A program made the position numbers and the translations under genes. A stretch of DNA of 64,000 nucleotides, from positions 437,840 to 501,839 of the forward strand of contig CAVSKL010000004.1 of the NCBI GenBank assembly GCA_963728475.1, in the 5' to 3' direction. The first letter of the stretch is position 1, and the number at the start of each line of letters is the position of its first letter. Of the stretch, positions 29,581 to 38,799 are shown in pieces. The notes beneath the pieces were generated by a model. The model saw only the letters and a program-made list of their open reading frames with translations, made no database searches and was not told where the DNA came from. The DNA comes from Candidatus Eiseniibacteriota bacterium. GTDB lineage: Bacteria > Eisenbacteria > RBG-16-71-46 > JABDJR01.

Positions 29581-31461
29581 CTACACCAGGTCCTTCAGGG
29601 TGAGCGCGACCTCCCGCGAGGCGCCGTCCCGCGCCACCGTGAGCTGGATCACCGTACCCGGGGCCTCGGTCCGGAAGCGGGAACGCAGCTCGAGCAGCGT
29701 CTTGTCCCCGACCGGCCGCCCGTCCACCGCGGTGATGCGGTCGCCCGCGGCCAGGCCCGAGGCCTCGGCGGGGCCGCCGGCGGTCACGTCCATCACCCGG
29801 AGCCCGTCGCCGTCCCGGTTCAGCCACATCCCGGAGCGGTCGTAGACTTCGCGGGCGGGCGCGGCGGGATTCGGCTCGAAGTAGATCGTGAGCCCGCCGT
29901 AGTCGAAGGTGAGGTTGAACCGCGCCAGCACCCCCGCGCCCACGTTCCCGGCGGCGTAGGCGTCGGTGAAGGCGCCCTTGGTCTGGGCGGTAAGATCGAG
30001 CACCGGGCCCGGCACCGGCACCGCGCCCAGCTTAAGCTCCCCGCCCCGGGCCAAGCTCCCGCGGGCGGGTCCGCCCACCCCCCAGCCGGTCACCGCGGTG
30101 TACCGGGGAGCGTACTTGGCCGCCAGGCCGTGTTTGTCCACGAAGGGGGCGAGCAGCGTCACCGAGGCCCGGCTTCCGGTGTCCAGGTCGAACTTCCCCG
30201 GCACCCCGTCGATGGAGCCTTCCACCTGGGGGATGGTGCCGTTGAACACGAACGGGACCGCGGTCCCCGGTCCGTCGTAGTGGAACGCCTCCGGCACGGT
30301 GAGGGTGAGGGTGCTCTTCTCGTAGTCCACCCGGACCACGAACCGCTTGAACACCTCGTAGCCCACCAGCCCCAGCATGGGGACCCCCTCCACGTCGGAG
30401 TAGGACTCGAGCGGGAACACCGCGAAGATCTGGTCGTGCAGGGTGACGCCGCCCAGGGAGAGCGAATCCACCTTCACCATCCCCACGTCCACCGAGCCCT
30501 CACCGGCGCCCTTCCCCTGGAACGCGCCCTGGGGCTCGAGCCCCAGCTCCCCGGCCAGGGTGGGGGTGATCACGTTGGAGCCCCCGGTGTCGCAGAGGAT
30601 GCGGTAGGGCCCCTTGCCGTTCAGGCGCACGTCGATGTAGATGTGCCGGTTCAGGAACTTGAAGGGGACGGTGGCCGAGGTCGCGCCGCCGGCCAGGGTG
30701 AAGTCGGGAGGAGGCGGCGCCGGCGCGGAGAAGACGGCGGGGTCGAACCCGGCGTTCACCGCCACCGAGTCCACGGTCACGAACTGGTCGTAACGGGAGT
30801 CGCCGTTGGTGGAGCGGATGGAGTGGGGGATGAGGATTCCGCCCACCTTCCGGTAGTCGGAAAAGAACACGGCGCGGGTCTCGGTGGCCCCCCTCTCCAC
30901 CGTGCGATCGAAGGTCCAGGTGCCGGTGTCCACCCAGAGATCGAAGGGCCGGCCGCCGGCGGGGGTGAAACCGATCACCCGGAAGGTCCGCCCGTCGTGG
31001 GTGGAGTCGCCGCGGTCCACCACCGAGGCCGCCCCCCGGTCGGGGTACCACCACGCGTGGGCGTTCCGGAACGCCTCGTCCATCGCCCCCTCGCGGGCGT
31101 CGTCGCCGTTCTCGATCTGGACCTGGCCGGAGGCGTCCCGGGCCCACAGGGTGTCGCCGTCGAAGCCCTCGGCCCCGTGAATCGGGCCCAGCTCGAAGCG
31201 CGACACGTAGCGTCCGCTCACCACGTCGATCCAGGTCTCCGCGGTTCCGGAAAGGCCGCCGACCTTGACCGAGGACTCGACCCGGGTGTTCCGCACCCCG
31301 TCCCAGGCGCCGCCGCCCAGGGCTTCCTTGGCCCGGGCGAGAACCTGCTCGACGGGGATCGCGGCGTGGGCGGGGGGGGCGGCGAGGGCGGCAAGGGCGG
31401 CGAGGGCGGCGAGGGCGGCAAGGGCGGCGAGGGCGGCGATCAGCGGGAAACGGCGGGTCAC
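29581..31461 (-). CDS. secreted retropepsin-like (two Asp-protease halves) protease with C-terminal PDZ domain
   Basis: Signal peptide with an (AAL)n repeat. Two D-T-G sites (ILCDTGGSNV and FDLDTGSRAS) and a C-terminal PDZ (GLAAGDRITAVDGRPV). Confidence 0.8.
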   Translation of the reverse strand: MTRRFPLIAALAALAALAALAALAALAAPPAHAAIPVEQVLARAKEALGGGAWDGVRNTRVESSVKVGGLSGTAETWIDVVSGRYVSRFELGPIHGAEGFDGDTLWARDASGQVQIENGDDAREGAMDEAFRNAHAWWYPDRGAASVVDRGDSTHDGRTFRVIGFTPAGGRPFDLWVDTGTWTFDRTVERGATETRAVFFSDYRKVGGILIPHSIRSTNGDSRYDQFVTVDSVAVNAGFDPAVFSAPAPPPPDFTLAGGATSATVPFKFLNRHIYIDVRLNGKGPYRILCDTGGSNVITPTLAGELGLEPQGAFQGKGAGEGSVDVGMVKVDSLSLGGVTLHDQIFAVFPLESYSDVEGVPMLGLVGYEVFKRFVVRVDYEKSTLTLTVPEAFHYDGPGTAVPFVFNGTIPQVEGSIDGVPGKFDLDTGSRASVTLLAPFVDKHGLAAKYAPRYTAVTGWGVGGPARGSLARGGELKLGAVPVPGPVLDLTAQTKGAFTDAYAAGNVGAGVLARFNLTFDYGGLTIYFEPNPAAPAREVYDRSGMWLNRDGDGLRVMDVTAGGPAEASGLAAGDRITAVDGRPVGDKTLLELRSRFRTEAPGTVIQLTVARDGASREVALTLKDLV

Positions 31462-31549
31462 GGGCGGCTCCTCCTGTCGGGTCCGGTGGGGGTCGGGGTT
31501 CCGGGAAACAATACGGCTTCGCGCCTTGCGGAGTGGGGAAAATCGGCGG

Positions 31550-33052
31550 TCACAGGACCTCGGTCGAGCCCACCGTCGCCGGGACCGTGCCCCGGTAGCG
31601 GTAGAGCCCGCGCACGAGCCGGACCATCCACGGCCGCTGGAGCCGCACCGGGACCTGGTCCGCCGCCCGGCGCACCCCCAGGCTCCACGCCGGGTAGGGG
31701 AGGACGGTGCGGGAGAGCCGGGACAGGCCCACCCCGTTCCGCATGGCCACCGCCAGCAGCGAGATCGACTCCGAGGCCTCGGGGCCGACCACGCAGGCCC
31801 CCAGGATCTTTCCCCCCGCCAGCCCGAACCAGCGAACCGGCGACGCGTAGACCCGCACGAAGCCGGCGTCGCTCCCTTCCGCCACCGCCCGGTCGATCTT
31901 CCCCGCCGGCACGTGGATGGTCTCGAATCGCGCGCCCGCCCGGCGAAGCTCCTCCGCGGTCCGTCCCACGTGTCCCACCCCGGGATCGGTGAAGGTGGTC
32001 CAGGGCACGGCCCGGGTCTCGTACCGCACCAGCGGCAGACCGAACACCGCGTTCACCGCGGCGGCGCGGGCCATGTCGTCGGCGACGTGGGTGAAGTTCA
32101 GAAACGCGGCGGCGTCCCCGGCGGCGTGGATCCCGCGGGCCGAGGTCCGGCCGTGGGCGTCCACCGCGATCCCCTCGGGCCCATACCGCACCCCGGCCCG
32201 CTCCAGGTCCAGCCCGTCCAGGTTCGGCCTCCGTCCCGACGCCACCAGGAGGGCGTCGGCGGCCAGCGTCTCCCGGGGCCCGCCCGCCCCCGACACGACC
32301 TCCAGGCGCAGTCCTTCGGTGCTGCGTTCGACCCGGTGAATCGTGCTGTCGAGTAACAGGGTTACGCCGTCTTCTTCGAGTCGTTTCTGCAAGATCGCGG
32401 AGGCCTCGGGCTCGTCGCGGGGGAGCACCCGGGCGCCCCGCGCCACCACCGTGACCCGCGACCCCAGGGATGCGAACGCCTGGGCCAGCTCCATCCCCTG
32501 GGGGCCGGCGCCCAGGACCACCAGGCGGCCGGGGAGCACGGTGAGCTCGAACACGCTTTCGTTGGTGAGGTAGCCGGAGCCCGCCAGGCCGGGGATGTCG
32601 GGAACGCGGGGAGCGCTCCCGGTGGCGATTACCGCCCGGCGAAAACGTAGCGTCCGCTCGCCGCCGGGGCCGGTCGCGACCAGCGTGCGGGGGCCGGTGA
32701 ACCGGGCGGCGCCGTGGATCACCGCGACCCCGCGCCGGGCCAGAATGGGCTCCGCGTCGGACTCGGCGTACACCCGTTGGCGGACGCCGCGCACCGCTTC
32801 CAGGACCTTCGGGAAGTCCACCGAGACCTCGGCCCGGATGCCGCGGGCGGCCAGGCGGCGCGCCGACGCCGCGCCCCTTGCCGCGTGGAGGAGCGCCTTG
32901 GAGGGGATGCAGCCGGTCCAGGTGCAGTCGCCCCCCAGCCGCGCGCGCTCCACCAGGACGGTGCGGGCGCCGAAGGAAGCGGCCACCCCGGACGCGGTGA
33001 GCCCGGCCGCTCCGCCTCCGATCACCGCCACGTCCACGTCTTCCGGGTGCAT
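31550..33052 (-). CDS. FAD-dependent pyridine nucleotide-disulfide oxidoreductase (Lpd/MerA/GR family)
   Basis: Rossmann GxGxxG (VAVIGGGAAG), redox disulfide GGDCTWTGCIPSK, and a second NAD(P) fold (LVVLGAGPQG). The start was set at ATG 33052. The tool's longer ORF extension is antisense to recA. Confidence 0.8.
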   Translation of the reverse strand: MHPEDVDVAVIGGGAAGLTASGVAASFGARTVLVERARLGGDCTWTGCIPSKALLHAARGAASARRLAARGIRAEVSVDFPKVLEAVRGVRQRVYAESDAEPILARRGVAVIHGAARFTGPRTLVATGPGGERTLRFRRAVIATGSAPRVPDIPGLAGSGYLTNESVFELTVLPGRLVVLGAGPQGMELAQAFASLGSRVTVVARGARVLPRDEPEASAILQKRLEEDGVTLLLDSTIHRVERSTEGLRLEVVSGAGGPRETLAADALLVASGRRPNLDGLDLERAGVRYGPEGIAVDAHGRTSARGIHAAGDAAAFLNFTHVADDMARAAAVNAVFGLPLVRYETRAVPWTTFTDPGVGHVGRTAEELRRAGARFETIHVPAGKIDRAVAEGSDAGFVRVYASPVRWFGLAGGKILGACVVGPEASESISLLAVAMRNGVGLSRLSRTVLPYPAWSLGVRRAADQVPVRLQRPWMVRLVRGLYRYRGTVPATVGSTEVL

Positions 33053-33325
33053 GCGCTCTCCTTTCGCCGGCCGGTCCGGGGGATGGTACCGGCGGGAGGC
33101 CGGGATGCCCAGGAGGGACGCCCGCCCGGGTCCGCCCGAATCCCGGTTGACACCGCCGGGGTGGTCCCGTAGCTTAGGAACTCCCGTCAGCGATTTGCGT
33201 TCACCCGACTTCTCCCACCCACAATCGCACGCCCCGTCCGGTGCGCGGCCCGTCCATAGGCACGCCCGTCGAGGAGTACGATCATGACCCAAGCGGCCCC
33301 GCGCGGCACGAAGGTGGACCAAGGC

Positions 33326-34417
<1,092 letters not shown>

Positions 34418-34526
34418 CCGGCCCCTCCGTCGTCGCGACCGACCGTGCGAAGCGAACCCCCCCGGGTTCGCTTTCGCGTCGTACCCCGCCGGCACGGGGT
34501 CTCACCCCGCCGGGCGAGTTCCGACC

Positions 34527-35024
34527 GTGACCGGCGACGAACGCGATCCCGAGGCGCGCGCGCGGGAGATCGTGCTCGCGGCCCTGGAGCGCCGCATGCA
34601 GAGCCGGCGCGAGCTGGAGCTGAAGCTCCGCCGGAAGGGGATCGCCGACGCCGTCGCCGCCGCGGTGCTGGACCGGCTGACCGAGGTGGGGCTCGTCGAC
34701 GACGCGGCCTTCGCCCGGGCCCTGGTCGCCTCGCGCCAGCGGACCCGCCCCCGGGGCCGGCGCGGGCTCGAGTCCGACCTCGTCGCCAAGGGGGTGGCCC
34801 GCGAGGTGATCGACCGCGTGCTGGACGAGCGCGAGGAGGAGGAGGACGTCGTGGCCGCGGCCCGGCGCGCGGTGGCGGCCAAGCTCCGCGCCCTGGCCGG
34901 CAAGCCCCGGCCCGAGGCGCGGCGGAAGGCCGAGCAGTTCCTGCTGCGCCGCGGATTCGACTACGAGACGGTGAGGCGGGCGCTGGATCTGGATCTCCCC
35001 GCGGACGACCCGGGAGCCGATTGA
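34527..35024 (+). CDS. recX: recombination regulator RecX
   Basis: ~165 aa helical-repeat protein immediately downstream of recA, with a GTG start. Confidence 0.75.
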   Translation: MTGDERDPEARAREIVLAALERRMQSRRELELKLRRKGIADAVAAAVLDRLTEVGLVDDAAFARALVASRQRTRPRGRRGLESDLVAKGVAREVIDRVLDEREEEEDVVAAARRAVAAKLRALAGKPRPEARRKAEQFLLRRGFDYETVRRALDLDLPADDPGAD

Positions 35025-35035
35025 CCCCCCGCGCC

Positions 35036-35935
35036 CTATTTCTTCTCGAACACGAACCGATAGTGGTCGAACAGCTCGCGCTCAAAGGCGATCGCGTTGG
35101 CGCTGATCCCGGAGGTGAACGCGTGGCGGAAATCCGGGTTGAAGAGATAGCGCGGCAAGAGCGAGAGCCTGAGCAGGGCCTTTCGCGGAGTGAGTTTTCC
35201 GAAGCGCCGCCGCCATTCCGCGATCGTGGGGATGTAATCGAGCCGGCCGCTCTCCTTATAGACCAGCTTGAAGTGGGCGGCGGCGTTCCGCTCGACCTGT
35301 TCGTGCCCGTAGGGAAGCCACGAGCCGGGGAAGGTCTTCTGGAGGAGGGCCAGGACGTGCGCGTCGGAGAGGCGTGGCGCCCGGATGTCGATCTCCTCGT
35401 AGGGAATCATGTTGCGACCGAAGACCATGGTCTGGAGAAAGAACCGGCCGCCCGGCGGAATGAGCTGGGCGGCGTGGTTGAAGACCTTGGCGTAGATCTC
35501 GTCCTGCCGGCCGGCCCGCCATTCTCCGATCGAACAGAAGTGCTCGAATGCGCCGAGGCTCACGATGCCGTCGAAGGTGCCGAAGGTCTGGGGCGTCACC
35601 TCGCGCGCGTCCTGGAGGCGCACGTCGAAGCCGTGGCGTTCGCAGGCTTCGAGCTGCCCTCGGGAGAGGGTGACGCCCACCCCGGTGACGCCCTTCTCGC
35701 GGAAGAAGTTGAGCGTCGCGCCCCAGCCGCAGCCAAGGTCGATGATCCGGTCCCCGGGCTTCACGTTCAAGTATTGCCAGATGAGCTCGTGCTTCTTCCG
35801 CTGCGCCTGCTCGAGGGTGAGCGAGGTGTCGCCGTCATACTTGGCGCCGCTGAAATCCCCCAGCTCGCCGATACTGAGCCGGAAGATCTTGTCGATGAGG
35901 GTGTAGGTGAAGTCGAGATCTTTCTGCGACGCCAT
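35036..35935 (-). CDS. cyclopropane-fatty-acyl-phospholipid synthase-like SAM-dependent methyltransferase
   Basis: SAM-binding motif IIDLGCGWG and CFA-synthase family architecture. Visibly lower GC and a Lys/Ile/Phe/Tyr-rich composition unlike its neighbours. Confidence 0.8.
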   Translation of the reverse strand: MASQKDLDFTYTLIDKIFRLSIGELGDFSGAKYDGDTSLTLEQAQRKKHELIWQYLNVKPGDRIIDLGCGWGATLNFFREKGVTGVGVTLSRGQLEACERHGFDVRLQDAREVTPQTFGTFDGIVSLGAFEHFCSIGEWRAGRQDEIYAKVFNHAAQLIPPGGRFFLQTMVFGRNMIPYEEIDIRAPRLSDAHVLALLQKTFPGSWLPYGHEQVERNAAAHFKLVYKESGRLDYIPTIAEWRRRFGKLTPRKALLRLSLLPRYLFNPDFRHAFTSGISANAIAFERELFDHYRFVFEKK

Positions 35936-36165
35936 TCCGGTTCCGTCCTCCGGTGATGTTCGCAGACTATCGGGGCGGCCGCCCTCCGTCCAGGGTGCAG
36001 GAGCCGCGGCGGGGGGGGAGTTCGGGATCCACCGGTAACGCCGCGATCGCGGCCAGCGGACCGGCGCCGCCGTGCCTTGACATGGTTCCCGCGAGCCACG
36101 ACACTAGCCGGGTTTTCGGCTCCCGTTCTCGCAGGATTCTCCTCATCTCCGATCGGTCGGTATCC

Positions 36166-36945
36166 ATGCGTCTCGCATTCGCCGTCACCCTCATGGTCCT
36201 CGCCGGGGCCGGTCCCGCCGCCGCCGGCGGCGGCCTCGATGCCGGCGGCGGGGTGCGCACGGACGGCCTGATCCTGGTCCGCGATGCCCTCGGGATGCCG
36301 CTGGCCGGGGTGAGCGGCGCCGACAGCGTGACCGTGACGAGCGGTCTCCTCTTCGGGGTCTCGTTCCCTACCCCGGTCCTCCTCGCCGCGCTGGAGCTGA
36401 GCGTTACCGCCGACGGGGTCACCCTCACCTGGCGGGCGGGGAGCGACTCCGGCGTGCTCCTCTACCTCCTCGAACGCGCTCCCGAGGCCTCGGACGGGTC
36501 GGTGGGGGGTTACACGGAGATCGCGGCGCCCTTCGAGGGACCGGGTCCGCATACCTGGCTCGACCGCGACGCCGTCCCCGGGAACCGGTACCGGTACCGG
36601 CTCCGGGCCCGGCTCCGGGACGGAAGCGAGGAGGTGCTGGGGCCGTGGCCGGCGTCGGTGCCGGCGAGCGCGGTCCCCGCGCAGGCGAGGATCCTGGCCG
36701 CGAGCCCCAACCCCTTCCGCGACGCCTTCGTGATCTCGTTCGCGTTGCCGCGCGATCTGCCGGTGCGGTGGCGGCTCCTCGACGTTCGGGGCGCGCTGGT
36801 GAGCGAGGGGGATCTGGGGATCGAGTCCGCGGGCATCCATGCCACCGCGGTGCGCCCCCCCGAGGCCGCCGCGCGCGGGGTCTATTTCCTCCAGGTGGAG
36901 GCGGGGGGCCTCCGCACGGTGCAGAAGGTGGTGAAGCTCCCATGA
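36166..36945 (+). CDS. secreted protein with T9SS/FlgD-Ig-like C-terminal sorting domain
   Basis: Signal peptide MRLAFAVTLMVLAGAGPAAA. C-terminal ASPNPFRDAFVISFALP...VRWRLLDVRGALV...GVYFLQVEAGG...KVVKL matches the CTD pattern. Confidence 0.7.
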   Translation: MRLAFAVTLMVLAGAGPAAAGGGLDAGGGVRTDGLILVRDALGMPLAGVSGADSVTVTSGLLFGVSFPTPVLLAALELSVTADGVTLTWRAGSDSGVLLYLLERAPEASDGSVGGYTEIAAPFEGPGPHTWLDRDAVPGNRYRYRLRARLRDGSEEVLGPWPASVPASAVPAQARILAASPNPFRDAFVISFALPRDLPVRWRLLDVRGALVSEGDLGIESAGIHATAVRPPEAAARGVYFLQVEAGGLRTVQKVVKLP

Positions 36946-38765
36946 CCGGATTCTCCCGCCCGCTTCGCACCGGGCTCGCGATGCTCGCCGCCGCCCTTCT
37001 GGGGGGAGCCGCCCCGTTGCCGGCGGGAGCCGGCGCGCTCCCCGCCGCCGCCGCCTCGCCCGAGGCCGGGGCCGAAGCCCCCGTCCCGCCCGCGTCCGCC
37101 GCCGCCCAGTCCGCGCCGCCCGTCCTCACCTACCAGGGCCGGTTCCTGGACCCGGACACCCGGAAGCCGATGCCGGGGCCGGTGGATCTGGCCTTCGCCC
37201 TCTTCCCCGCCGCCGACGGCGGCACCGCCCTCTGGACCGAGGAGCACCCCCAGGTCCCGCTGGTGGACGGGGTGGCCACGGTGCTCCTGGGAAGCATCAC
37301 CGCCTTCTCCGCCGACGCCTTCAGCGCCGCCCAGAGGTACCTGGAGATCACGGTGAACGGTTCGGTCCTCAGCCCCCGGCTCGCGGTGACCTCGGTCCCG
37401 TACGCGCTGGAGTCCGAGCGGCTGAACGGCCGGAGCGCGGACGCGTTCGAGCCGGCGGGAGCGGTGGGCGCGCTCCGCGATTCGCTCTCGGGCTCCGACG
37501 GCAGCCCTCCCGGCCAGGGACGGAACCTGGTCCACTGGGACAACCTGGCCGGCGTGCCCGCCGGGTTCGCGGACGCGGTGGACGACACCGGCCACGGGGT
37601 CGCCGACCATGGCCGGCTCACCGGGCTCCTGGACGACGACCATCCCCAGTACATGCTGCGGAGCGAGCTGAAGGCCTCGGACGGATCCCCTCCCAACCAG
37701 GGGTCCAACATCGTGAGCTGGAACAACCTCGCCGACGTGCCGCCCGGCTTCGCCGACGGTACCGACGACGGGGGCGGAGGTCCGGGCTCGGTGACCGGGG
37801 CCGACGTGGTGGACTCGAGCCTCACCGGAATCGATCTCGCCGACAGCACCGTCACCGGGCGGAACGTGGGCCCGCGCACCCTCACCGGGGGGCACCTGGC
37901 CCGGCGCTCGGTGACCGGGGACGAGCTGGCGCTGGAGACGGTGACCTCGGCGAACATCCTCGACGACAGCGTGCTGGGCGCCGACGTGCTGGACGGCACC
38001 CTGTCCCCGGCGGACCTGGCGACCGGGGCGGTGACCGCGGCCAAGCTCGCCGACGGCGCGGTGACCACCGGCAAGGTCGCCGACGGCGCGGTCACCCCGC
38101 AGAAGCTGTCCTTTCCCCCCGGCGACATCACCGCGGTCGACGTGGCCGGGGGGCTCTCCGGCGGCGGGCAGAGCGGCGACGTGACGCTGTCGGTGGGAGC
38201 GGGGACCGGCATCCAGGTCTCGGGCTCGGCGGTGAGCCTGGAGCCGTCCTACGCATCGGGGAGCGCCTACGACGGCCGGTTCGTGTCGCAGAGCCTTCCC
38301 ACCTGGCAGCCGCAGGCCGCCTCGATTTCGGTCTCCGGCGCCACCTTCCGGCCGGTGAGCCCCACCGGCCGCTTCACCGCCCGCGACGATCTGGGCTACG
38401 TCTACGTGGACTCGGTGGGGAACGCGGGGGCCGAGCACCGGTTCACCGCCCCCATCCCGCTGCCCGACGGGGCCCAGATCACCGGCTTCACCGTGAGCTA
38501 CTGGGACGACAGCGCCGGGTTCCTGGTCGTCTCGCTCATGCGGGCCCGGCAGTCCACGGGGTCGGTGGGGGCGGTGGCCTCGATCGCCACCGCCGGCGAG
38601 TCCCCGGCCTGGGCGCAGTCCAGCGACCCCACCATCGCCGAGACCGCGGTCGACGACGCCGAATACACCTTCTGGCTCTCCGCCGACTTCCCCTCCGAGC
38701 CGCAGGGCGATGCGCTGCGGCTCCTGGCGGTGCGGGTGAGCTACACCGTGGCGCGGCCGCACTGA
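36942..38765 (+). CDS. secreted tail-fibre-like repeat protein (paralog A)
   Basis: Signal peptide and an N-terminal module LTYQGRFLDP...GPVDL...GGTALW.E.HPQVPLVDGVATV. Tandem ~11-residue V(T/S)GxD(V/L)xDxS(L/V) repeats. The ATG overlaps the upstream stop. Confidence 0.65.
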   Translation: MTGFSRPLRTGLAMLAAALLGGAAPLPAGAGALPAAAASPEAGAEAPVPPASAAAQSAPPVLTYQGRFLDPDTRKPMPGPVDLAFALFPAADGGTALWTEEHPQVPLVDGVATVLLGSITAFSADAFSAAQRYLEITVNGSVLSPRLAVTSVPYALESERLNGRSADAFEPAGAVGALRDSLSGSDGSPPGQGRNLVHWDNLAGVPAGFADAVDDTGHGVADHGRLTGLLDDDHPQYMLRSELKASDGSPPNQGSNIVSWNNLADVPPGFADGTDDGGGGPGSVTGADVVDSSLTGIDLADSTVTGRNVGPRTLTGGHLARRSVTGDELALETVTSANILDDSVLGADVLDGTLSPADLATGAVTAAKLADGAVTTGKVADGAVTPQKLSFPPGDITAVDVAGGLSGGGQSGDVTLSVGAGTGIQVSGSAVSLEPSYASGSAYDGRFVSQSLPTWQPQAASISVSGATFRPVSPTGRFTARDDLGYVYVDSVGNAGAEHRFTAPIPLPDGAQITGFTVSYWDDSAGFLVVSLMRARQSTGSVGAVASIATAGESPAWAQSSDPTIAETAVDDAEYTFWLSADFPSEPQGDALRLLAVRVSYTVARPH

Positions 38766-38799
38766 TGCGGCCGCGCGCGGTCGGAAACGGACGGTCGCG

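Noticed and set aside
33053-33325. LexA/SOS box upstream of recA.
   Set aside because: I could not find a convincing CTGT-N8-ACAG, CGAACRNRYGTTCG or other known SOS-box palindrome by eye. It is left uncalled.
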